From NCBI GenBank assembly GCA_028023455.1, contig JAQFVV010000001.1, forward strand, positions 11,904,001 through 11,968,000: 64,000 bases of DNA, in the 5' to 3' direction. Position numbers and translations under genes: made by a program. Every line of letters starts with the position of its first letter. Position 1 is the first letter of the stretch. The notes under the pieces were generated by a model. That model was not told where the DNA came from. It saw only the letters and a program-made list of their open reading frames with translations, and made no database searches. Of this stretch, positions 25,150 through 37,699 are shown in pieces. Origin of the DNA: Epiperipatus broadwayi. Its lineage: Eukaryota; Animalia; Onychophora.

Positions 25150-27000
25150 ATCTTTTCTTCAGTTTTAATGTGTTTCCATTTTTTTATCTGTAGACTTCCT
25201 GTCCATGCCCTAAACAATAATTTACTTTCTCTTCTATTATTATAAAGATCATAATTTTCAACAGTAATTTTGTTTTGATATTACAGTGTGTTTTACTGAA
25301 TATTTTAAATTTCTATAACTTTTTTTTTCATTTTACTTACTAAGTTTCCATTCCTCTTCTAGCACATTACATGACTAATATTCTATTGGAATATTAATCT
25401 CAAATTTTGTATAGGTACAATAAAATGTATTCACCATCTTTTTTTTTTTGTATATTTTAATATATACTTCAATCCATTTGTTTATCATTCTTTCCAAGTA
25501 ATCCAAATACACATCATTTTAGCATTTCTGTTTTCATTCATAAATTTCCCATGACATTCCTCCTATGAAAATGAAAACTTCATCTAACATCTATCAATTG
25601 TACACCATTCCATTTCTTTATGAATCTTAGTGAAAGCTGTTAATAATTCATACAAATAGTATATTACATCATTTCCATAAGTGAAATTAGATATAATTAA
25701 ATCTTTTTTCCTCTCAAAATATGATTTATTAACATAATATTAATCTTTGAATTTACATGTTATATGTAGTGATATACAAGATTTAAACTATGATTTACAA
25801 TGCAGAACTTGATTTACTGAGTGAACAGGGTGAACAGAAAAACCTTGAATTGTATATGCATATATCTTGCCATTCATAGCTTGTCTCATAGTTTACTAAG
25901 TAACCTCTGGCCTTAATGGCAACTAGGTAGATCACAGCTGCCAAGAATTACATCATCCCCACCATCCAGATGAGAAAGTAAAAACCTGTACTAATCCCTG
26001 TAGCACCCATGTCCCAGCCCCTCCTAAGGACTAGGAACCAGGCCTTGGGGTATTTCCAAAGCTCAGACTATCTCATCCAATGCCCTTACTAATCACCACA
26101 GCATCCGGATCCCCTCCAAAACCCAGGCTTGTGAGACCTTCCAAGCACCAGAACCTGCCATCCAGATGGCAGAGATGAGTGGTACAGCAGCCCCAATTTG
26201 AAGTTTAAACCATAGTAGAACTCTCTGGTCTGAGTCATCCAAGCATGAGATTCTCTCATATTCACAGCCAAGACAAGCAATGCTGCAGCACTAATCAAAA
26301 ATGTAAATCTCACATGCTTATATCATATGCCATCTACAGATTATCACAGTCTAATAACCAACCTATGAATCATATAGAGAACAAAGAGACTAAAACCACA
26401 ATGCATCATGTCATCTCCACTGTCCTGAAGATGAGAAAGATGAAACCCGTACTAATCCCCACAGCACTTCACATCCCAATCCCCCCCCATAAGAACCAGA
26501 GTTCAGGCCCCAGGAATCTTCCCAAGTTCCAGACTCTCTCATCTGAAGCCCATACTAGAACCCAATACACCCACATCCCAGCCCCCCTCTAAGACCATGA
26601 AGCAAGCCCTGGGAGCTCTCCAAGCAACAGACTCAGTCCTCAAGACCGCAAAGATGAGTGACACAGTAGCCCCAATACAATGTTCAAATCACAGTTGAAC
26701 TCTTTGGGAACATTAGTTTTGTCCATCATGTTTCAGCTTCCAGACAATTTATAAAAATATAATTAAATCTTTCCATAAAATTCTACATAAGATGTATCTA
26801 TTATAAGCAAATAGTGCCAATTTAAATGAATATCATTTAAATTTATTATTAATTCTAATCTTCAATTAAGCATATTAATCCACTTCTTGGCATTATTTCC
26901 TCATTTTCCATTGTTTTTATCATTCTCTAATTTATCAATCAATATTTATAATTTTTCTTTCTTAAATGTCATACCATCTTCTCTTTTTTTCCATGGTTAT
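25150..27000 (-). mobile_element. Highly decayed LINE (RTE-like APE-to-RT-start region), interrupted by a C-rich duplication
   Basis: Faint motif remnants on the minus strand only (SDH-like near 25940, xxGFRxGRG-like near 25210); no intact ORF. Confidence 0.35.
25975..26710. repeat. Diverged ~270-bp direct repeat (25975-26250 and 26435-26710), each with ~95-bp C-rich subunits
   Basis: Shared anchors gatgagaaag, aacc(t/c)gtactaatccc, gcagagatgagtgg/gcaaagatgagtga, agccccaat, a(g)aactct. Confidence 0.75.
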
Positions 27001-27049
27001 CTCAATTAATACACACACACTTTATTAGCAAAAAAACCATTTATTATTA

Positions 27050-27834
27050 TTATAAATATAGGGGATTTGAACAGACTTTCAAGCACCCTTCAGCTATCCA
27101 TACTATCTCATACCACTGATTCACATGACCACATATGTAGAAAAAATAAATAATCACCAACATATGTATTTTGTGCTGAATTAGCACTCATCAATTGGTC
27201 CAGTTTATCATCTCCCACACATATATAATCAGTGCTTAGTTTATATAAAGATAGCAAATCTTCATACTTTAATGGACAGGCTTCAATCTATTCCAACCTC
27301 CAACTCTTCAGCCATCCATACCATTGAAAATCTGATGATGGAAAGTCCAAATTCCATGCTGGTGCCAATATTATTACCATGCCCATGTTGATCTCAAGTC
27401 ACTCTAACCCCTAATGTATAAGACCTTATCCATTTAAATACATAGAAGAGGAATGGGCAGAATGCAGGCTTAATGTGTAAAATTTGAAATACAGGCATTC
27501 TTCATACACCTAAAACTTAATTATAAATATAGAGGATTTGAACACAGACTTTCAAGCACTCTTCTACTATTCACACTATCTCATACCACTGACACACATA
27601 ACCACACACATGTAGAAAAGATAAATAATCACCAATATACGTATTTCATGCTGAACCAGCACTGATTATATATATGTGTGAGAGATGATAATCTGGACCA
27701 ACTAATGAGTGCTGGGGCAGCACAAAATACATATATTGCTGATTATTTATCTTTTTACATGTGTGTGGTCATGTGTATCAGTAGTATAAAATAGTGTGGA
27801 TAGTTGTGTTCAAATCCCCTGTATTTACAATTAA
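27050..27834. mobile_element. MITE family C: arms at 27050-27240 (+), 27517-27660 (+) and 27655-27834 (-)
   Basis: TIR cttaattataaatatagaggatttgaacaca / tgtgttcaaatcccctgtatttacaattaag; internal acagactttcaagcac repeated. Confidence 0.8.
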
Positions 27835-28789
27835 GCTCCAGGTATATGAAGAATGTCTGTCTTTCAAATATTATTATTATTTACATATTACATATTTACA
27901 ATTTCATAATTTTAAAATTAATTATTTCTTGTTTTTTGCTTGTTTGTTTATTTTAAATACTGAATTGTATATGTAATAATGATATGCACAAAACAACCCA
28001 CTAGAGAACTCTCCTGCATCAATATCAATGCTGTTATAGTTTTTCTGGGAAAAGGTAAAGTAAAATAGCTCTCAAAACTAGTGTCAAGAAAACATTGTAA
28101 AAAGTGCACAATAAGAAATATGAGTTTGTAAAAAATAAATTAAATATCATCAATTAGCATTAATGTATTTTCAATCCAAACAATTTTTCACACTACTCAG
28201 TAACAAGCTTAACTATGAACAGATGAAAAAAAAAAAGAATCAATTTTTCCAAAATTTAAATCAATCAAGATGTTATTGGAATTTCACTTATATAATATTA
28301 CTACTACAATATAATTTACAAGGATATTAAAATAAAAATTAATTTGTTCTAACTTGCACATTTAAATTTAAGCTGATTCAAATGGAGGGTAAATTCTCTG
28401 AAAATATCTATATAGAGATATAGACAAGTTTAAGCAAAAGTAATTTTAAAATATTGATTATAGATGATTAAGCTCTTATTAATACAATTGATAGAGTAAA
28501 GAAATATAAATGAGACAGATGAAATGAAAACAGAAAATCTTTATAAAATGCATAATGGAAAGTTGAAGTAAAAAGTGTTTATATATTGGTAAATAAAGAG
28601 AAAATGGAAAAGATAAAAAAGTATTAAAATATTTAAAGATGAAAAAGAATGTAATGGTTATCATAATTTTATGTTGATAGAATTAGGAGTAAATAAAAGC
28701 TTAGGTACAGAACTTTACAGAAAGATTGACAAAGATATATAGGAAATAAGGAATAAGTCCAAACTGAGTAAGTTTGGTAAATTTAAAAC

Positions 28790-29930
28790 TGTTCTTACGT
28801 ATTAATCCTGCAACTTAGGAGAGCTGACATGCCTTTTCACATTTGTGATAAATGTCTAACCTTGCAATATCAAATAAACCCTGTAATCTCATCCGATCTC
28901 GTCCAATAATGTGATAAATTTACACTTTTATTTATTGTCCAGCTTTCGTTCGGACAAATTCTTCTGAAATGTTTTTTATTTCAATGCTGATTTTTTTTTT
29001 CCAATTTTCTGATTAATACTATAATTTTTCCTTTTTTTCTTTTATAAAACACACTTTGAACAAGCAATAATTTTGTAATGTTCGAGGACATAATAATAAA
29101 ATAGGCCTTTATAAGAGAATGTAATTGGAGAGTTCCAGAATCCCATTTTTGATAGCGGTCCAATTTATTTACAGCTGGGTTCACAAATTAATATCCATAA
29201 TATGTAGGAAAACAACTTGGTTTAGCAGAGAAAAATGTAAAATTGGAGGCCCTAACAAAATCATTGAAATTGATGAGTCTTTTGCACAAAAAAAAAAAAA
29301 ATCAAGCCAGAAGAATTCTTCTGGATCAGGGAGACTAATGAGTGTTTCATCATGAGAAGTCATGGTAGAACAGTGGTAACTCTAATGGAAGCCATCAAAC
29401 AAAATATGGAAGAGGAATCGACAATTTATTTGGACTGTTAGAAAGCTTACAAAACTGCTGAATTATGAGCTGCCAGATTACTGACCATTTTCATTTAAAT
29501 GACATCAAAAAAATTAGTCCACCACATTGAAAAAATAATAGAAGTGGATATTTAGGTATTAGATCTGCTACACTTTTTCACATTCATATCAATCTGTTGA
29601 TAACTTTCTAATTTTGTGATCTGACCAAATAATGTGTACACTTGGATCTTATACAAACTTAAAATGATAAATTTGGCAAAACGGACCACATTTACATGAT
29701 ATTTTTGCAAGATTTACAAAGTTATTGGCATTCTGAATATGTATGTGACAAGCCATAAGCAGTTCTAATACATGACAGTAATTGCACCAGACTAAATCTA
29801 ACAATATTAAAAATATTAATTTCTAACAATACTAAAAATATGAATTTCACTCAAAAACAAATCAGAATAAGTTTTATGCAATTCCCAAATGTTATTTTAA
29901 ATATGGACAAAACAATAACCAAATTACTGC
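28790..29930 (+). mobile_element. Merlin (IS1016/ISXO2-like DDE) transposon relic, copy 1
   Basis: SRIPFLIAVQFIYSWVHKL, CKIGGPNKIIEIDES, TLMEAIKQNMEEESTIYLDC.KAYKTAEL, C-terminal DHIYMIFLQDLQSYW; internally deleted. Confidence 0.85.
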
Positions 29931-30412
29931 AATTGTGCAAGGTGTGTTGGCAGTTGAATGTGAAGATTTTGCTGAAATGAATATAAAGAAAAAAGGAAAA
30001 TAAAATAAAAGTATGTTTAATATAGACTGCAAATTAATGTATAGAATAAATATTTTATTGGATTATTCTTAGAAAATTTTTTTTCCTTGAGGTAATACAC
30101 ATTGGGTTTTTTTTTCTTCTTTCAATTAAAAAAGAGCAAGTTTAAATAACAAAAGCTAATACTGATTGTAAATATTGATAGAAGTTCTGCAAAAGAGAGA
30201 TTGGTAATTAAATATAGCTGTGGTAACTACAAAAAAAAAAAGAACTTTGAAAACAAAAATCTAAAGAAAGATAAAAGTTTGAAGGAACTTGAATTCAATG
30301 TATACAAGCGTAATGAGTTTTCGGAGGGATATAAAAGGAATGGACATAGATAAAGAAGTGCTAACCACTAAATATCACATGATCACAATTTCTTATGCTT
30401 GCACATAACTGT

Positions 30413-30548
30413 TATTAAAAGAGGCAAAACTATCCATACAGTAGTGCCACTCAATACCAGCCAGAGTAATCAAGCCTTCTGGCATCCACTGATTACTCTG
30501 GCTGGCACTGAGAGGCACTACTGTATGGAGAGTTTTGCCTATTTTGAT
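30413..30548. mobile_element. MITE family A, internally deleted copy
   Basis: tattaaaagaggcaaaactatccatacagtagtgcc...gccagagtaatca / tgattactctggc...ggcactactgtatggagagttttgcctattttgata. Confidence 0.85.
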
Positions 30549-31389
30549 AAAGAAGTATCTTATTCTTCAGATTTTTCACAAGATGTTAAAACTACCCTGT
30601 GATAGTGCTGATATTCAGATGGGCAGCTAGAATGCCTGTACATTGCCGATCATTCCATTTCCTCGAACATATTTACAATGATTTAAAAGAGTGAAGTTAC
30701 CACCTGCGTCAAAACTGGAAACTAACATACAGATCATGAAGAAAACCTGAAGATTATATGTATTACCAAAGAATGATTCCACTAAACAATCTTATCAGTA
30801 AGAAAATTTTTGAACTTGTATGCTTATTGAAGTAACTTTATAAATACTCATGTCTCACATAATTCAGAAGAAAACATAATTTAATGGACCATAATGAACT
30901 ATTTATATGGTTAATGAATCCAAGAAATATTTTGGCTATGATAATACAAATTTTCTCTTTTGTGTTTGCTTTTATTAAATATGCTCATAAATGTAAAAAG
31001 AGAGAGAGAGAATTACAATGTGTCATTTGTTTAAACCTCCCTCGTAACTGTATATTCTTTCAGTGATCTTTTTTGTAAAATTCAACTGTTGATGCCAACA
31101 CAATTTTGTTATATTTTTAGATTTATTATTTGGTAAGTCATGATATAGTTATATAATATACTTGCATTAGTTTGATTAAAGGTTATAGGGATAAGTTAAT
31201 ATATGGACTATTTGTTCATTCACATTATACAGAAGGTTTAGTGTGGCATGGCAAAAAGAGGGGGAAAACTTACCCTCATTGTTGATTTAATAGGGATATC
31301 TAGAATCCTGGCGTCGAATAAAAAACAAATTTAAACAGACAATAAAGGAAAAGTTAGTTATAATTAGGACCATAGCTGTTCGTGTCTAA

Positions 31390-31555
31390 TAAATGGCATT
31401 AGACAGTAATTGCACTAGACTAAATCTAACAATATTAATTTCTAACCATACTAAAAATATGAATTTCACTCAAAAATAAATCTGAAAAAGTTTTATGCAA
31501 TTCCCAAATGTTATTTTAAATACAGACAAAACAATCACTACATTATTAAATGCAT
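31390..31555 (+). repeat. Duplicated Merlin 3' non-coding segment
   Basis: gacagtaattgcactagactaaatctaacaatatt...ttttatgcaattcccaaatgttattttaaata matches 29775-29925. Confidence 0.8.
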
Positions 31556-31819
31556 AAAATATACACATACAGTATTTACCATGTAATACATAACAGGAAT
31601 TGTCACAATGAAACAATCAATTTGTCTGTTATCTATTTTATTTTAAGTGGTTAAAATTTTATTTCAAAATAGAGACTAAAATTAAAATTTTTTATTTTTC
31701 CAAAAATGGAGACTTACTTAACATGCAATTATGCAATATAATGCATAAATGGGATCTTTGCCAGAAATGTTAATAAGTAGTAAATGTATTTTTTTCAAAA
31801 CCAAAAAAAAAAAAAATTT

Positions 31820-32650
31820 AAATTACTGCAATTTTAGGTTCTTGTGTATTCGTCCTGCAACATTGGAGATGGTATGCTTTTCACATCCATGATAAATGTC
31901 AAACCTTGTGATCCTGTCAAATAAACCATGTGATATTATCCAATCTCATCCAATAACATGATAAATTTACTTTCATTTATTGACCAGATTTCATTTGAAC
32001 AAGTTCTTCTCAAAAGTATTTTTTATTTCAGTGCTGATTTATTTTTTTCCAATTTTCTGATTAATACTACAATTTTATTCTTTTTTTTTAAAAAAAAAAA
32101 AACATTACAAAATGATGAACATGTTACCCACTACTGAGAACAATGTGGTAAAGTACATCCACTCTTTAGACAAGCAATGGCTTTGTAACATTCGAGAATG
32201 TAATAATAAAATAGGCCTTCATAAGGAAACATGGTTAGAATTCCATTTTTGATGGCAGTCTGATTTATTTGAAGCAGGGTTCACAAATTAACATCCATAG
32301 AATGAGGAAAAACAGAGCTTGGTTTAGCAGAGAAAATTGTAAAATTAAAGGCCCTAACAAAATCGTTGAAATTGACAAGAGCTTTTTGCACAAAAAGAAA
32401 AAAAAATTGGACTAAATTTTTCCGGAACAGGAAGACCAATGAGCATTCCATCATGAGAATTCATGGTAGAACAGTGGCAGCTCTGATGGAAGCTATCAAA
32501 CAAAATGTGGAAGAGGAATTGACAATTTATTGGAACAGTTGGAAAACCTATAAAACTGCTGAATTACAAACTGGAAGTTACTGACCATTTCCATGTGAAT
32601 CATTCTGGACTATATTAAAAAAATTAGTCCACCATATTGAAGAAATAAAA
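31820..32650 (+). mobile_element. Merlin transposon relic, copy 2
   Basis: KQWLCNIRECNNKIGLHKETWL, GPNKIVEIDKS, ALMEAIKQNVEEELTIYWNSWKTYKTAELQTGSY, HFHVNH; aligned with copy 1. Confidence 0.85.
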
Positions 32651-33469
32651 AAGTGTAGTAATTTAAATTTTTTTATTGTTGTTTTCTTTTGGTTTTGAAA
32701 AAAATACATTTACTACTATACCAGTCCAATTTGTATGTTCATTCAACAAGACGTAGGAACTAAGCAAAAGTACCTCAAATCCAGTCATATCTGAGATACA
32801 CAGGTCAGGAGCAATCATGACTTTTAACTTATTTGCCCATTTCCCAAATCTACAATCACATGAACAACATCTCTGGTGATACAGATGAATTTAATTCATT
32901 TCAGGCCCAGAAACATAGCAGAGATACATGATATCTTGCATCTAAATGAGACTATCTAACTAAATAATGAGAGTTATTACATAAAATAATAAGATAAAAC
33001 TTAGGATGTGTAGATTAAGGAATGATAATATTAATGTAATTGGTGAACAACTGATAATAAAATGAAAGAGCGGTCAACTTCTAAAGAAAAGGGGGGGGGT
33101 CTACACAGAATAAGCATGATCTCAGGTAACCCAAGCATAATGAATTCTCAAAGTATAGGGTCTAAATTAAATAATAATTTGAACACTTGAATAGATTAAG
33201 ACACAAATTTTAATAAATACACCCTTGACATAGTTATTTATATATTCTAGTCATTGATCATGCAAATAATATTTGATTATATATTTATATGGTTACATAA
33301 TTTAATATTGTAGAAGACATGGTGCCAATACAACATAAGGAAATGATACATATATAGTGCATAATCAATATAGTGCAGTTTAATATGCCAATAATAGTTA
33401 AACAAACTTTCTCATAATGACAATTCATGCTATATATTACATGGTAAGTACCATATGTGTATTTTTAAG

Positions 33470-33905
33470 TGTTTTGTAATTTAGTGATTGTTTTGTCTGT
33501 ATTAAAAGTAACATATGGGAATTGCATAAAACATTTTCAGATTTATTTTTGTGTGAAATTCATATTTTTAGTATTGTTAGAAATTAATATTTTTAATATT
33601 GTTAGAATTAGTCTGGTGCAATTACTGTCATGTATTAGAACTGCTACACCTTGTCACATATGTATTCAGATTGGTGATAATTTTGTAAATGTTGTGAAAA
33701 TATCAAGTCCACATGGTCCATTTTGATGAATTTATCATTTTAAGTTTGTAAAAAATCCAAATGTACAAGTTATTTGGTCAGATCACAAGATTAGAAAGTT
33801 ATCAGTGGTGATACAAATGTGAAAAGACATAGCAGGTCTAATACGTTACAGATCTAATATGTAAGTACCTTTAAAACTTATGAAAAGTGGACTGATATGA
33901 TGAAG
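33470..33905 (-). mobile_element. Merlin 3' end, inverted copy 3
   Basis: Reverse complement matches 29510-29930 (gataactttctaat(c/t)ttgtgatctgaccaaataa, gcagttctaatacatgacagtaattgcaccagactaa). Confidence 0.8.
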
Positions 33906-35287
33906 ATTGCAAATGAATATTTCTTTAGAACTAGTAGATCTAACAACAAAATGGGGGGGGGGGTAAAATAAAAAAAATCATTTACAGAGTATTAAAAAAA
34001 TTAAAGATTACATGGGATAGTTAAAACAACAACAAATAACTAGAACAAAATTAAGATGGAAACTAGATAAACTTAATAGTAAGATAACTGAGATTATCAG
34101 TGCAGTAAGATTGTGAAAATTTTTTGAGATATGAGAAGATAAAAAGGTTATTATTATATGTAGAAGGGAAAATGTAAGAAAAAAAAATTGAAAAAAAAAA
34201 AAAAGAAACACAGCATTTTTAGATAATATGTTGTTAAGAGAACACAATTCATTAGTTTAATTTATGATAGGATAGATAGAATTACAAACATAGAATAAAG
34301 CAATCTAATTCACACATCCATTAAACAACTTTTGTTTTTTAATAAGTTTAAAAAAAAAGCTTAAAAGAAGTAGATAATATAATAATTAAAATGTTAATAG
34401 ATAAGAAATGCATAAGAGTTTTTTAAAAAAAGTTTAATAAAATTATAATGATAAGATATTAAATGAAAGAAAGGATGTGTGAATTAGATTATTATATGGG
34501 AGATAAAAACTTTAGGCTTTTAAACTAGCTAAAGATAACTAGCTATAATTGCCATACTTTTTAAAATATTGGTAAATATATTAATGGATAGGGTTAGAAT
34601 TGGATGAAAGGGTGTAAAATATCAGAGGAGATGCAGAATAAATTTTATTCAATAAATTTGTTTCTCAATTTATTAAAATGTCTTATAGGAAAAACAATTA
34701 TTTGTTGAAATTTTAGATATAAAAAAGATTTACGAGAAAATGAATATGAAAAGATTGTAATGAAAATTTGAAAATACAGAAACTAGTAAAAATGAGATAA
34801 ATTTGCTAGATCTTAGTGGAAAATACAGAAAAGTCTAAGAGGCTGATTACAAATTGAAATTATATATATATGCATGCAATGAATGCATATATATATATAT
34901 GCATTCATGAAACCAGATAGAATGAAAGATATATTAGATAACAATCCCTTGCTTCTGTTTAATTGTATATAATTACATTTAAACTTCCTACTGCAACATC
35001 AATAATGAAAAAATAATTTGAAGGAATAAGGCTACTGTAGAATTAGAAGAAAAATTTCTGCTATATAATGCAAATTAAATGTATATTAGAGGAATCACAT
35101 GATATTTAGTTTTGTTAGACTAAAAAATAGTTAGGCAAAATCATATATCCAAAGAAAAAATTAAAATGGACAAACTTCTGATTCATTCACTCTCTAAAAA
35201 TATTTTTTCTAAACATATTACAATTATGACTATTTAAAGTTGTAATTATAAATTTATTAAATACACATTGATTACGTAAGTAATATT

Positions 35288-35365
35288 TACTAAGGCTATA
35301 ACCTCGATAATATGCGTATAAAATGCGATAGTAGAGACCTCTACAGGTGTTTTAACTACAAGCTT
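35288..35365 (+). repeat. Half copy of MITE family B
   Basis: taaggctataacc...atgcgatagtagagacctctaca...ttaactacaag resembles the left arm at 10025-10150. Confidence 0.55.
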
Positions 35366-35424
35366 ACGCTATGACTATGTAAATTAAATATATTTATATC
35401 TCCATTAGTTTTCTCAATACTTAC

Positions 35425-35942
35425 CATCTTTTCTAGCTCTCTTCATATCATTTTTTATACATTTAGTATTAAGTCTCTTCTTTGAAAATCCATTAAGTCC
35501 AAAACTATTATTACTGTGAGATATATGACCACATGAATATGAATTATTTAACTGCTTTTGAAGAACTAAGTGACTGCCTGATTCATCTATATCCATAGAA
35601 TAATCAACTTTACTAGAATTATTAAAAATCATATCTGAATGACTATTGACACTTTCCACTTGATGGAAAGCTAAATTGTGATTTTCTGCAATATTTGAAA
35701 AACTATCATTTTTTACTATTAAATCATTAATTTTGAAGCCCTGAGGTAAATGTCCTGCATTTAAACCTTCCTGGATATTTTGTTTAGATAATCCATTGAT
35801 TAATGAATGATTTGTGTGTGAAACCATAGCGCCACATTGGTACTGACTAATTTCTCTTGCTTTTTGCAAATAATTTCTACATAGTTCTTGATTACAACTT
35901 TGAGCCACATCTTCTGCTGTGAAATGAGTATTATTTTTTATT
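35425..35942 (-). CDS. ANKRD10: Ankyrin repeat domain-containing protein 10, coding exon 4
   Basis: Acceptor tttttcag, phase 2: (R)IKNNTHFTAEDVAQSCNQELCRNYL...KKRL..KRARKD then G|GTAAGT; 518 nt, keeps frame; parallels LRNASGLTAADIAQ...KKART of vertebrate ANKRD10. Confidence 0.9.
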
Positions 35943-36027
35943 CTGAAAAAAAAAAAAAAAATAGAAATTTATTTTTAATAAATTCACGTCATTTGAGGAT
36001 GGAACTTTTTAATTATTTTAGATTTAC

Positions 36028-36119
36028 CTTATATCAGCACCATAAGAAATAAGAAGGCTAACACATTCCATGCAACCAGTCCTTGCAGCTTTATGAAGAG
36101 CAGTTTCTTGCAAAGAATC
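36028..36119 (-). CDS. ANKRD10: ANKRD10 coding exon 3
   Basis: ttttaatag|DSLQETALHKAARTGCMECVSLLISYGADI+AG|gtaaat, an ankyrin repeat matching [28 protein letters not shown]. Confidence 0.95.
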
Positions 36120-37699
36120 CTATTAAAACAATAAAATAATTTTTGCATTAATAGATTTGTATTATAGTGCTGTCTGTTCAAAAGACAGGTGATGCAATTA
36201 ATTGAGTATCAACACTTTAGCACAATTTACCCTAGCATTTTAGTACTTAGATCTATATCATAAACTTTAACTGAGTTCCTTCAATTAAAAAATATAAAAT
36301 TAAAAATGTTAAGTAATTAATTATTCATAAAATATTATTAACAATGTTCCTCATAATATTATAAAAATGAAAAGAAAATGAGAGAATAAGCATAAATCAA
36401 ATTATCATACATAAATTCAAAAAAAAGAAAAGAAAGATTACGTTTTATATGAAATATTAAACATAAACAATTATAACAATTTTTGCTAAGAATTATTGAA
36501 AACTATTACTATATAAATAACCAATTGCTATTTTCAGACAATGAAGTCATAAAATCTACATTTAAGATTATTTAGCTCATTTAAGTAATATAAACTTTTC
36601 AGAATGGTTAAACCATGGAAAATTGTGATAGGGAACATAATGATTCAAAATAATATAAAAGTAAATTTTAATTTCAATAACAAAATCATATTATAAATAA
36701 AAATTATTATAATTAAAAATGATTATATCATCATTTACAGAATATTTTGCATTATGGGAATAAATTTTAAAACTCAAGATGATGAATTTTAAAAGCTATC
36801 ATTAGTTATTTTTCAACATTTGGTTAAATGCTATTATTATATATTGTAGTGATCTCCTCATGATAGCACTGAATAATTAGATCATTTTAAAGCAGAATAC
36901 ATGCATTTAAAAAATAAATAATTAGATAAAAAATAAATAGGATCAGAATGAATTTAATGATAGCATAAAAGCAGCTGATAACAGCAGATTGAAACTCAAT
37001 TCTGTTTAATAATACAGCATTTAACATTAGGATAATTGTATACAGAAGTAAAACAATTCATAATTTTAATATTTAACAGCAAACATATTTAATAAAATAA
37101 CATATGCATATGTTAGAGATAAATTGTAGAATATTTGTGGATGTATGTACACATGTATATTCAAAATTATTAATATATAGTTTAAATAATAAATTTTATA
37201 ATATTTTTGATAGGTTTTAAATAAATGATTACCTGAAAATTTAAATATTGAGAAAGAAAATACAAAAAGGATTTCATTAGATTTTAAAGAATTATTTGCA
37301 AAATTAATACTACAGATGACAACATTTTTACAATGATTTAAAAAATATATTTAGGGATTTTATATGTCTGTGGTAAAAGTAACAAGATTATCAGCACAAT
37401 TTCAATCTAATCTAGGATTATCTGCTAAATAAAAGTTTATATAATGACATTATCAATTTGTGAAAAATTAATCCTTGATGCATTTAAAAAAAAACATGCC
37501 TGAAAATATAAACGTCTCAATAAAATATATAAAAAAAGCTTCGAATGTTAGTTTCATATCTGAAAGAATAATATCAAATCCATGTCTCACTACCAATAGA
37601 AAATAATTAATTACCAGTAATTTAGAAGTAAAAAATTATTTTTCATTATTATTAAAATTGTTCTACCATTTATAATAATCCTGTAAAATTTAGCATCTC

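Noticed and set aside
26089-26313. Minus-strand ORF with a signal-peptide-like N-terminus and a GCCG ending (possible secreted peptide)
   Set aside because: It starts at GTG, not ATG, and its 3' half lies within the diverged direct repeat; no recognisable family.
26425-26455. CTGAAGA...GAAA spaced like a hammerhead
   Set aside because: No stem II pairing between the motifs, and the paralogous repeat unit lacks the core.
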